Of a stretch of DNA of 64,000 nt, positions 30,193 to 39,133 are shown one piece after another. Source of the DNA: Candidatus Omnitrophota bacterium. GTDB taxonomy: Bacteria > Omnitrophota > Gorgyraeia > Zapsychrales > JANLHA01. Under the pieces are notes generated by a model. The model was not told the DNA's origin and ran no database searches. It saw only the letters and a program-made list of their open reading frames with translations. The translations under genes and the position numbers were made by a program. The DNA lies in contig JAKQKX010000045.1 of the NCBI GenBank assembly GCA_029560465.1, forward strand, positions 280,260 through 344,259. The letters are read 5' to 3'. Position 1 is the first letter of the stretch. Every line of letters starts with the position of its first letter.

Positions 30193-32205
30193 TCACATAA
30201 AGTAATCAAAATCCTGCTCCCGGTGCAGGTGCGGACGCACCCGTATAACGTGCGCGGGGCTGATGTGCGGATTTAATTCGATATAATTGGACTCTCCCTG
30301 CCAGATATAACGGTCGTTGCTTAACAGATCGTGCGCCAGGTACGGGCGGTCCGGTTCGATATTCCAGGCCGGCAAAGGAACGGTCACCATGCCGCATTGC
30401 GTGTGATAGGGGTCAAGGTTCACGATAACAAGAATGATATTGCGGCCATCCTTGGACATTTTGTAATACGCCAAGAGCGCATCATTTTTGGTTTCGCAAA
30501 ACCGGATATTGCGCGTTTCCTGCAAAGCCGGATTCTCACGCCGGACCTGGTTCACCCGGGCGATCACATCTTTCAGGTGCCCTTCCTGGTTCCAGTTCCA
30601 GGAGCGGAGCTCATATTTTTCCGATTGGGCGTATTCTTCCTTCTGGGGAACCGCTTTATCCACGCATAATTCAAAAACCGGGCCGTAAATACCGTAATTG
30701 GATGACAAGGTCGCGGCGAGAATCAGACGCATGATAAAAGCCGGCCGCCCGCCGGATTGCAGGTGCACAGGCAGGATATCCGGCGTGTTGGGCCAGAAAT
30801 TCGGCCTGAAATACTCCGCAACTTCCGTCCGGGTCAACTCGGTCAGATAATCCATAAATTCCTGTTTGGTATTGCGCCACGTAAAATAAGTGTAAGACTG
30901 CGTGAACCCCCCTTTAGCCAACCGGTACATGACATGCGGCCGGGTGAACGCTTCGGCCAGGAAAATGGCCTGCGGATAATTTTTCCTGATGTCCTCGATC
31001 AACCAGTCCCAGAAAGCGAACGGTTTTGTGTGCGGATTATCCACACGAAAGATGCGAATTCCCTGCCCGGCCCAGAATTCGACAATGCTCTTGAGCTCAC
31101 TCCAAAGATTTTTCCAGTCGGCGCTTTCAAAATTAATCGGAAGGACATCCTCATACTTCTTCGGCGGATTCTCCGCGAATTGGATCGAGCCGTCCGGCCG
31201 CCATTTAAACCAATCCGGGTGTGCTTTGACATACGGGTGATCCGGGGCGCATTGATAGGCGAGATCCAGCGCCACTTCAATGCCGTAACGATTCGCTTCC
31301 CCGATAAAATGCTTCAAATCATCCAGCGTGCCAAGGAAGGGATGAATGCTCTTATGCCCGCCGTCCGAGGAACCGATGGCCCAAGGGCAGCCCGGGTCCC
31401 CGGCCTCACAGATAACAGAATTATTTTTCCCTTTCCGGTTTGTCACCCCGATGGGATGAATCGGTGGAAAATAAACCACGTCAAATCCCATGCGGGCGAT
31501 CTCCGGCAGCAGGCGTTCGCAATCACGAAACGTGCCGTGTTTCCCCTCCGGGCCCCATGAACGGGGAAAGAATTCATACCAGGCGCTAAAAAGGGCTTGC
31601 TTACGGTCGACGGCAACATGGAGTTCCTTCGGATACAGGGCTCCTTTATCCCACGCCAGAAAATCACGCATCGACCGCTGAATGTCCTCGGACGAGGCCA
31701 AAGCCACGGCCTCTGAAACAGGGCCTCGGCCACGAAACCGCGCAGCCAACGAACGGAACTTTTCGGCAGAGTCGCCAACGGCCTTCTCCAGGGCCTGCTC
31801 TAACAAATCAGCGCCGACGAGCAAATCCACGCTGACATTGACGCCCGCCTCCCATTTCTTCTTCAGGTCGCGCTGCCAGGATCCGAAAGAATCAATGCAC
31901 CCCTGCACCGTGTAAACATAATCCGCCAGGCGCTCGATTTCAAAAGCCCCTTCCCAACGGTCATTCCCCAAGGGCAACATGTCCGCATACCGCCATTCAG
32001 GTTCGTTGACCGGACGATACCCCAGCCTGACGGCAATCTCGTCATGCCCGTCTGCAAACACACTGGCCTGGACGACAACCCTTTCCCCCTGAACGCGTTT
32101 AATCGGGAACTGCCCCCCGTCAATCTCCGGGGAAACCCTCTCCACGTTGACACGGGAAAGGACCTTGGCTTTTACAGGAATCTTTTTGCTTTTAACTTCG
32201 GGCAC
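30193..32205 (-). CDS. glgE: Alpha-1,4-glucan:maltose-1-phosphate maltosyltransferase
   Basis: WYEFFPRS, RKGKNN, AENPPKKY, FRVDNPHTKP, AEAFT, NTPDI. Confidence 0.96.
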   Translation of the reverse strand: MPEVKSKKIPVKAKVLSRVNVERVSPEIDGGQFPIKRVQGERVVVQASVFADGHDEIAVRLGYRPVNEPEWRYADMLPLGNDRWEGAFEIERLADYVYTVQGCIDSFGSWQRDLKKKWEAGVNVSVDLLVGADLLEQALEKAVGDSAEKFRSLAARFRGRGPVSEAVALASSEDIQRSMRDFLAWDKGALYPKELHVAVDRKQALFSAWYEFFPRSWGPEGKHGTFRDCERLLPEIARMGFDVVYFPPIHPIGVTNRKGKNNSVICEAGDPGCPWAIGSSDGGHKSIHPFLGTLDDLKHFIGEANRYGIEVALDLAYQCAPDHPYVKAHPDWFKWRPDGSIQFAENPPKKYEDVLPINFESADWKNLWSELKSIVEFWAGQGIRIFRVDNPHTKPFAFWDWLIEDIRKNYPQAIFLAEAFTRPHVMYRLAKGGFTQSYTYFTWRNTKQEFMDYLTELTRTEVAEYFRPNFWPNTPDILPVHLQSGGRPAFIMRLILAATLSSNYGIYGPVFELCVDKAVPQKEEYAQSEKYELRSWNWNQEGHLKDVIARVNQVRRENPALQETRNIRFCETKNDALLAYYKMSKDGRNIILVIVNLDPYHTQCGMVTVPLPAWNIEPDRPYLAHDLLSNDRYIWQGESNYIELNPHISPAHVIRVRPHLHREQDFDYFM

Positions 32206-32435
32206 GGGATTTCTCCTTGGTAAAGGTCTTTTTTTATTATATTACAGAACCTTATAACTTTTAAGGACAATTTTGAATAATCCTCTGATGAGTCCCGTGT
32301 TTTAGAAAAAAACTTCGAAGATCAGCAGGCGGAAAGAGCTGTTTCAAAATCAACACATGATTTTATGAATTGAGAGATGGCGGGACAAGGGGCATCGCTT
32401 ATTGGGCAATCGGGCAAACAACATGGCCGGTGAAA

Positions 32436-32879
32436 TTACCTCTGATCAGTCACTTTCTTAAAATCCTTACTGAGCAAAGAAGGGACAGGCAAACATTTTG
32501 ACAGCATTCCCCTCCGGAATTCAACGATCTCATATCTTTGGGCGTTAATTTCAGTCTTGAGGAATTCAAAGGCTTTGCGGTTATCAATGGTTTCCCCACA
32601 GGTAAACACATCAACGGCCGCATAGCCATATTCCGGCCAAGTATGAATACTTAAATGCGATTCAGCGACAACGACCACGCCCGTTATCCCGTAAGGGGAA
32701 AATTCATGAAAAAGCGAGTCGATCACCGTGGCTCCGGCGACCTCCGCGGCCGTAATGAGAGCGGACCTCAATAGAGGAATATCATTCAGGCTTTCCTGAC
32801 TACATCCGTAATATTCAATAATAGCGTGTTTGCCCAACATGGTGTCAAGATGACTCATACAAGAATTTGATTTTTGCAT
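32436..32879 (-). CDS. speD: S-adenosylmethionine decarboxylase proenzyme (class 1B)
   Basis: AESHLSIHTWPE autocleavage motif, DVFTCG; no speE adjacent. Confidence 0.93.
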   Translation of the reverse strand: MQKSNSCMSHLDTMLGKHAIIEYYGCSQESLNDIPLLRSALITAAEVAGATVIDSLFHEFSPYGITGVVVVAESHLSIHTWPEYGYAAVDVFTCGETIDNRKAFEFLKTEINAQRYEIVEFRRGMLSKCLPVPSLLSKDFKKVTDQR

Positions 32880-33059
32880 GGTATCCCTCTGGTTAAAAAA
32901 TAATATTAAAAATATAAAAAGCGGAGGGCCGACCTCTTGTCTCCGCTCAATAAATTAGACATATAAAATATCAGAAAACATAAAATTCTTCAATAATTTA
33001 TTCAAATGGATAAAAAATACCGTTTCCACAAAAATTCCGCCCTTTCAAGACGGACACCC

Positions 33060-33554
33060 CTATTTGACGGAAACAATTTTCACTTTAAAAACCAAATCCT
33101 GGCCAGCCAGGGGATGATTAAAATTCACAATCACGGAATTTTCTTTCACATCCTCAACAATGCCCATCAACGGCTGGCCGTTCTGAAGTTCTATCTGCAC
33201 CGGCAGTCCTTTCTGGGGAATCAAATCCGCCGGGAATTGGTCTTTCGGGATCTCGATAACCGCCCTGGGGTCAATCGGGCCATACGCGTCTTCAGCCAGC
33301 ACCGTGATGGTTTTCTCATCGTTGACCTTTAATCCCTCCAACTGTTTCTCCAACCCGGGGATAATCATCCGGGCCCCATGCACGTACTCCAGCGGTTCCT
33401 TCCCTTCCGTCGTGTCAGCCACCTTCCCGTCCGCCGTTACCGTGTAATCAAACTGCACCGTCTTGCCTTCTGATATCACCTCAAAGCCTTCTTGCGCGTA
33501 AAGAGGGGCGCACGATAACATCAGCAAAAAAAATGTAACCATTCTTATCGCCAT
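33060..33554 (-). CDS. SlyD-like FKBP peptidyl-prolyl isomerase with signal peptide
   Basis: IIPGLE, AEDAYG, NFNHPLAG; N-terminal signal peptide; no His-rich tail. Confidence 0.9.
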   Translation of the reverse strand: MAIRMVTFFLLMLSCAPLYAQEGFEVISEGKTVQFDYTVTADGKVADTTEGKEPLEYVHGARMIIPGLEKQLEGLKVNDEKTITVLAEDAYGPIDPRAVIEIPKDQFPADLIPQKGLPVQIELQNGQPLMGIVEDVKENSVIVNFNHPLAGQDLVFKVKIVSVK

Positions 33555-33646
33555 AATGCTCTCTCTTCCTAAGTAAAAAAACGTTGCCATTTCGTCAGCG
33601 GGGCCATCCCCGCCGGTACGGACACGTGAGATTCCCAACCTTAAAA

Positions 33647-33853
33647 TCAGGAACCGATCCGGACGACGTTTTGGGCCTGTTCGCCTTTGGGTCCCCTGAC
33701 GATTTCGAATTCAACAGACTCGCCATCGTTTAAAGACACAAAACCGCTGCCTTGAATCTCGCTGTGATGGACAAAAACGTCTTTCCCGGATTCCGGCGTA
33801 ATAAACCCGTAACCCTTGGACGCGTTAAACCATTTAACGGTTCCTTTAACCAT
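33647..33853 (-). CDS. Cold-shock protein (CspA family)
   Basis: GTVKWFN--KGYGFI, DVFVH; SD AAAGGAG. Confidence 0.97.
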   Translation of the reverse strand: MVKGTVKWFNASKGYGFITPESGKDVFVHHSEIQGSGFVSLNDGESVEFEIVRGPKGEQAQNVVRIGS

Positions 33854-34058
33854 TTTGAATTTCTCCTTTCCTAAGGCGTACAACATGCCGTGCAAACAAA
33901 AAACCGCGAGGTAACCCATTGTCCCTCGCGACATACAATAAAAATGTTTCGTGTCACTGAAACGATATTATTGTTGAACTCAACCACTTTGTCAACGAAA
34001 TAATCGGCCTTTCTCCTTTCAAGAATAAGCCGGCCTCCCCATAAAAACGAATCATCGT

Positions 34059-35258
34059 TCAGCGGGAAGGAGAGGACCACCCCTGCCGACCAAAATAATC
34101 AAAAATAATTTCTGCAACGAGGCGATGGCCCCTGGCAGAAAGATGCCCCTGAGGAGCGAAAAGAGTGTCTAGCTCCGGGGACGGAATTTCCTCCACAAAA
34201 TGACTCATGAGGTCAATATACGCAAAATTATGATCGCGCAGATAAAAATGCACCGGCTGATAAACGTGAAAGCTCTCTTTCTCAAAAACGCGAAGGTCAT
34301 GGCGGCTCGGGAAGATGACGACAAGCGGCACAGCCCCCTGCGCAAGGGCTTCATCCCGGAACTTCTTCAGGATTTCCCGGGTGATGATGAAAAATTCCGA
34401 TTCCGCGCCCCAAAAAGACGCCAGAGAAACGTCCCTCGATTTTAACCTCGCGTTAAGAAAAAGCCGTAACGCCAGGTCGGCAAGTCGGATGCAGAAGAAA
34501 GTCGGGCGGGATTCGCGGCAACGGGCGTGCTTATAATAATAATCCTCTTCTCCCAGGTCGGGCAAAACGCTTTGCGGCGTTTTTAAAAGACGTTCATAAT
34601 CCTCATGGGTCCTTAACAAATTAGGGATTAAAACAAGCGAACCGTTTTTGAACACAAAACGCGGTTTTGACAAAGGGACCTGGCTGCTCGGGGTCCAGAA
34701 AGGGCGGAACGTGTTGACATGACGCGGCATATCGTCTAAAGTCAAACCTATAATCACAAAATCCGGTTTGAACCCAGCCCCCTCCTCCTGATAGCGCAGG
34801 AAAGACTGATCCAGCCCGTACGCCGGGACACCGAAGTTAAGGACCTCCATATTCGAATGGTCCCGGGTCAGGATTTCCTGCCAGGTTTCATGGTTATAAA
34901 CTTCATCGCCATGAATAAATGAATCCCCAAACGCGCAGACCCTGATCCGGCCACGCGGGCTGCTCTGCACAGCCTCCCAGGAAGCACGGATTCCCTGCCC
35001 GTTCGCCTGATACATATCGGTCTTCCCATCCGGCTGCACAGTCCACCCCAAGGTCGGGCTTATCTTTAGATACTGAAGACGGCCCCGTAACATATTCTTG
35101 ATAAGCTTTCGCTGCTGGAAGTCCAAAATATTGCGGCAGTCCAACCCCAGGTAAACCCGCCGGACGTCACGCAGGTACACCAGCCCTGCCCAAGACAAAA
35201 ACTCAACGACCGCAAACAGGCAAAGCAGCCGTAAAAAAACGTGTGCATATTTTCTCAT
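34059..35258 (-). CDS. Membrane-anchored SGNH/GDSL hydrolase-like protein
   Basis: FGDSF, NFGVPAYG, C-terminal GHLS--GH; start approximate. Confidence 0.82.
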   Translation of the reverse strand: MRKYAHVFLRLLCLFAVVEFLSWAGLVYLRDVRRVYLGLDCRNILDFQQRKLIKNMLRGRLQYLKISPTLGWTVQPDGKTDMYQANGQGIRASWEAVQSSPRGRIRVCAFGDSFIHGDEVYNHETWQEILTRDHSNMEVLNFGVPAYGLDQSFLRYQEEGAGFKPDFVIIGLTLDDMPRHVNTFRPFWTPSSQVPLSKPRFVFKNGSLVLIPNLLRTHEDYERLLKTPQSVLPDLGEEDYYYKHARCRESRPTFFCIRLADLALRLFLNARLKSRDVSLASFWGAESEFFIITREILKKFRDEALAQGAVPLVVIFPSRHDLRVFEKESFHVYQPVHFYLRDHNFAYIDLMSHFVEEIPSPELDTLFAPQGHLSARGHRLVAEIIFDYFGRQGWSSPSR

Positions 35259-35419
35259 ATAAAACATTATCGGCCATTTCCCTCTCATATTCAATAGCTC
35301 ATCCTTTTCCCCTAGGCCCTGACCGGCTGTTTTACTGCCCGGACAAAAAATAAACCCCCCTGTCATATTCCACTAACAGAGGGGCTGGTCCAACCACAAA
35401 AAAATTCCATTTTAAACAG

Positions 35420-36637
35420 CTAACGGCGTCTCCGGGGGTTATTATACACTGTTTTCTTCCACCGGCCCCCGTACCTCTGGGCGCTAAACACAGTTTTAGG
35501 TTTTTCAAACTGTTCAAACGTGTCTTCAAATTGTTTGGAAATCGGTAGCGTTTTTTTGATGATCCGCTCGATATTCCTCACATCCGCACCCTGATCCGGG
35601 GTCGCCAGAGAAATCGCATGCCCATTGCTTCCCGCCCGCCCCGTTCTTCCGATACGATGGACGTAATTTTCGGCGTCCTCGGGGATATCATAATTAATGA
35701 CAAGCTCGATTCCGGCGACATCAATCCCCCTCGCCGCAATGTCTGTCGCGGCAAGGACCCGGTATTTTCCTGTCTTAAAACCTTCCAGGGCCTCCCGGCG
35801 CTGGGCCAAGGTACGGTCAGAATGGATCTCTGCGGCGCTATGCCCCATCCCGCGGATCATCCTGGCGATCTTCTGCGTGCTTATTTTTGTCCGGCAAAAC
35901 AGCAGGATCGCACCACGGTATTGCTTTAACAATCTCGCCAGAATATCCTTCTTCATTTCTTTCTGGACAATAAACACTTCATGCGAAACCCCTTCTGCCG
36001 TCGTTCCTGAAGGCGCAATCTCAACCTGCACCGGGAATTTCATGTGCGAGGAGGCGATTTCAACGATGGTCTGAGGTATCGTGGCAGAAAAAAGCAGTGT
36101 TTGCCTCTCCTTGGGGACCGATTCCAAAATTTTCTCAATTTGAGGGGCGAACCCCATGTCCAGCATCCGGTCCGCTTCGTCCAGGACCAAAATACTCACC
36201 CGGCTCAAACGCGCCTTACGTTGCTGCATGAGATCAATCAAGCGCCCAGGGGTGGCGATCAGGACACGCGGATTTTGCGCCAAAGCCCTCACCTGCCTGT
36301 TCATCGGCGCTCCGCCAATTAACACGACAGACTTAATCGCCAACGGCTTGGAAATTTTGCGAACACTCTCCTCAACCTGCAGGGCCAATTCGCGGGTCGG
36401 GACAAGGATTAACGCCATGGATTTATCCTGCGCTAATTGCTGCAATGTTGGGATAACAAAGGCCATGGTCTTGCCCGTCCCAGTCTGCGCTATCCCAATC
36501 AAATCCTTTCGTTCTAAAGCGACGGGAATAGCTTTATGCTGGATCGGAGTTGCCGTCTTAAATTGTAATTTCATCAATGTTTCAATAATTTTAGGGGCGA
36601 TCCCCAGCCCGTAAAAGGACAAATCAGATTGATCCAT
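35420..36637 (-). CDS. DEAD-box RNA helicase (RhlE-like)
   Basis: Q motif, AQTGTGKT, PTRELA, DEAD, SAT, ARGID, HRIGRTGR. Confidence 0.96.
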   Translation of the reverse strand: MDQSDLSFYGLGIAPKIIETLMKLQFKTATPIQHKAIPVALERKDLIGIAQTGTGKTMAFVIPTLQQLAQDKSMALILVPTRELALQVEESVRKISKPLAIKSVVLIGGAPMNRQVRALAQNPRVLIATPGRLIDLMQQRKARLSRVSILVLDEADRMLDMGFAPQIEKILESVPKERQTLLFSATIPQTIVEIASSHMKFPVQVEIAPSGTTAEGVSHEVFIVQKEMKKDILARLLKQYRGAILLFCRTKISTQKIARMIRGMGHSAAEIHSDRTLAQRREALEGFKTGKYRVLAATDIAARGIDVAGIELVINYDIPEDAENYVHRIGRTGRAGSNGHAISLATPDQGADVRNIERIIKKTLPISKQFEDTFEQFEKPKTVFSAQRYGGRWKKTVYNNPRRRR

Positions 36638-36835
36638 AATAAATCTCCTTTATCTAAGTTCCCCTAGTATGACCGATATAAATTAAAAGTCAATATATAT
36701 TTACAACCCGGACAGCGATGTTTTGTGATAAGGGATCGATTCAAATTTTAGGGATAACTTGGGAAGGTCGAAACAGCCGTCAACCAGCGCTATGAAGGGG
36801 AACAGGAGGGTTCCTTTATAGAAATCGAGGAACGC

Positions 36836-37417
36836 CTATCGATGGTATTGAATTTCATCCAGATATATTATTCCTCCCGAAGGATTATTCGTGTTTTCAA
36901 AAATAACCAAAAAACCTCCTATAATATGCGAAAGATCCTTATCCCGCAAATTAATGGAATACTGTTGCCATGCGTTCGTTAACGTGACTTTTTCCTGCGC
37001 CATATCCGTGTCTGAAAAATCTTTGCCCCGCAGGCCCCCGACTCTAAAAATGACAACTTCTCCACCACTGGCTCCCCGGGCGTAAAGGGTGAGCTTCTTG
37101 GCTCCTTTTAAATTTAAACGCCCCTGTTCAGTCCCCCAGTTATTAACCGGATATTGCCAATATATCCCAGCCCATCCTAATGTATTTGGCATCTTGGGTT
37201 TATATTCGATTTTAACACATGTCTTTCCGGCGAAAGGATTTTCAATAGAGGCGGAATTCATAGCCAGGTCATTGGTGTTGCCCATCCAGCCGCTGGCGTG
37301 AAACCACCGGAAATAATTCTCCTGATACAAAAACAAAGGCTCTTTGGCCCAACCCAGCGCGTTCAAAAGAAGGACAACACACGTCAAAACCAAAATCTGG
37401 CAAAGAAGTTTTTTCAT
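36836..37417 (-). CDS. Secreted carbohydrate-binding-module-like protein
   Basis: Signal peptide after SD GAGGAGG; SGWMG, WAGIYWQ-P-NNWG, WQQYSI, IYLDEI beta-sandwich pattern. Confidence 0.7.
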   Translation of the reverse strand: MKKLLCQILVLTCVVLLLNALGWAKEPLFLYQENYFRWFHASGWMGNTNDLAMNSASIENPFAGKTCVKIEYKPKMPNTLGWAGIYWQYPVNNWGTEQGRLNLKGAKKLTLYARGASGGEVVIFRVGGLRGKDFSDTDMAQEKVTLTNAWQQYSINLRDKDLSHIIGGFLVIFENTNNPSGGIIYLDEIQYHR

Positions 37418-37541
37418 AATTGCGCATCCTCCTCTATTTATTTGCAGAACTGCTCTTATTCTAGCGCAGACATAACCATCAGGCAAGGATAGAGTTTTCC
37501 TCATCCTCAATCCTACTTTTATCCCAAAGGTCATTGGATAC

Positions 37542-37580
37542 AAAAAATAAAAAAACTGTCTATTTCTTAAAATAGACAGT
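37542..37580 (-). terminator. Intrinsic terminator downstream of the DMT gene
   Basis: ACTGTCTATTT/AAATAGACAGT stem followed by a long T-tract. Confidence 0.75.
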
Positions 37581-37683
37581 AACTCTGTCCGCATAATCAT
37601 GTGTCAACACGGAATTGCTTCGTTAAAAAATAAGAGAAAGCGCCTGCATCTAAGCCGAAACCCAGATCATCCCCGCCCTGTCC

Positions 37684-38013
37684 TCACCATTTCTTGAACA
37701 CAAAGAAAACCGCCCCTGCCATGAGCAGAAAGCCCACAACAACATTCCATTTAATGCTCTCTTTTAAATAATAAATCGAAAACACACAAAAGATGGCCAG
37801 AGTAATCACTTCCTGGATGGTTTTCAACTGCGCGGCAGAAAAATGTCCATGACCGAGCCGGTTGGCCGGGACCTGAAAACAGTATTCCAAAAAAGCGATG
37901 AGCCAGCTGATCACAATGACATAAAACAGCGGGGCGTTCTTGTATCGAAGATGACCATACCACGCGAACGTCATAAAAATGTTTGAAATAATAAGAAGAA
38001 TTATTGTCGGCAT
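37684..38013 (-). CDS. DMT superfamily small membrane protein (DUF486-like)
   Basis: SNIFMTFAWYGHL, SW-IA--EYCFQVPANR-G, QLKTIQEVITL. Confidence 0.9.
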   Translation of the reverse strand: MPTIILLIISNIFMTFAWYGHLRYKNAPLFYVIVISWLIAFLEYCFQVPANRLGHGHFSAAQLKTIQEVITLAIFCVFSIYYLKESIKWNVVVGFLLMAGAVFFVFKKW

Positions 38014-38126
38014 CGCATAAGAATCATAATAAAATTCACATCCGTCCGGCCTTTGGCCCGGTCTTACCAAAATGCGGATATCCCCTATCCTGTCACGGCC
38101 TGTTAAGCTAATCCAGTCAACCGTAC

Positions 38127-38155
38127 TTTATAGAACGAACGCGCACCGTTGTCAA
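38127..38155 (-). promoter_or_regulatory. Sigma70-type promoter of the DMT gene
   Basis: TTGACA-17 nt-TATAAA. Confidence 0.7.
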
Positions 38156-38170
38156 GCGTTGATTAAAGTT

Positions 38171-38321
38171 CTGCCCTGCCTACGGGATTAGCGGCAGGGT
38201 TCAGGCGGCAGATACCTGTTCCACAGCGTCGGGAAATTCACCCTCTGGAAGGGGTTTCCCGTTTTCCCGAATCAGGAATTTCGGCGGAACAACTCATGTC
38301 TTCGGAAGGCTCCCCGCTAAT
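38171..38321. ncRNA. Candidate structured RNA (long imperfect hairpin, unassigned)
   Basis: Nested pairs ATTAGCGG/CCGCTAAT, TGTTCC/GGAACA, TCGGGAAA/TTTCCCGA plus a competing CCCTGCC/GGCAGGG hairpin. Confidence 0.4.
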
Positions 38322-38444
38322 TTATGAACCGCAACAGCCAGGGCCAGCCGTTTTAACCTGAGGCTGCGGCGCCTGCCCTTTTTGTTGCTGGGCTGCCAGC
38401 AGTCTTTGCTGGACCGGGTTTTTAAAAAAATTCTTGTTAGCCAT
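38322..38444 (-). CDS. 40-aa peptide MANKNFFKNPVQQRLLAAQQQKGQAPQPQVKTAGPGCCGS (not in ORF track)
   Basis: Perfect SD AAAGGAGGTGA embedded in the 3' end of the YkgJ gene; ATG 1 nt after its stop. Confidence 0.75.
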   Translation of the reverse strand: MANKNFFKNPVQQRLLAAQQQKGQAPQPQVKTAGPGCCGS

Positions 38445-38445
38445 T

Positions 38446-39123
38446 TTATTCACCTCCTTTCATGGGAAGAAACCCGGTTAATTCTCCGTAATACCCGATA
38501 AGCTGAGCGGCTTTAGCAAAAGCCAAGTTAATATTCATGGATTGATCCGCTAAATCAGGTGAGACAGCATATGTTTTCATGAAATAATTATAATAAACCG
38601 GCGCATGGGCCCCTTGCGCAAACACATGCCTGGCTTTTTCCGGAGGATCTTGTTCCAAGCCCTCTTTAATCCTCCAGCAGAGCATCAATTCATTCTTCCT
38701 GGCTTTATTCTCCCGGCTGCAAAACCCGAAAAGCCGGCAAATTAACGGCCTAAAAGGGTATATCTGGCAATGCCAACTGTTATCCAAGCTATCCTGGGAA
38801 TAAAAAACACACGTTGCTTGTTCATCATTCATATTGATCCGGTCCAACCATGGCACCAGTCCGCCTTTTATCCATAAAAAAGCAGCCAGGGGCTGCATCT
38901 CCAAAACCGAGCAGGATACACACGCTTTCCGGCAACATTCCCCGCACCCGGATAAGCAATGAAGGTCGCTCCTCTGTTTAAACTTGTCGAGCTTTTGATC
39001 CACCTCTTTATATATATTTAAAAGCGTCTCAATCTCTTTTCGCTTTCGAAGCGGCAGAAACCGCAAGGCCGTCAAAACATCAGCGTCACAGATCATAAAT
39101 ATTCTCCACGAAAGGACTTCCAC
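38446..39123 (-). CDS. YkgJ family cysteine-cluster (Zn/Fe-S) protein
   Basis: CLSGCGECC, CVFY, CQIYPFRPLICRLFG; start uncertain. Confidence 0.88.
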   Translation of the reverse strand: MEVLSWRIFMICDADVLTALRFLPLRKRKEIETLLNIYKEVDQKLDKFKQRSDLHCLSGCGECCRKACVSCSVLEMQPLAAFLWIKGGLVPWLDRINMNDEQATCVFYSQDSLDNSWHCQIYPFRPLICRLFGFCSRENKARKNELMLCWRIKEGLEQDPPEKARHVFAQGAHAPVYYNYFMKTYAVSPDLADQSMNINLAFAKAAQLIGYYGELTGFLPMKGGE

Positions 39124-39133
39124 ACGAGGGCAT

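Noticed and set aside
32285-32390. CTGATGAGTCCC resembling a hammerhead ribozyme core
   Set aside because: The complementary GGGAC (about 32382) is followed by AAGG, not GAAA, and stems I and III are not evident
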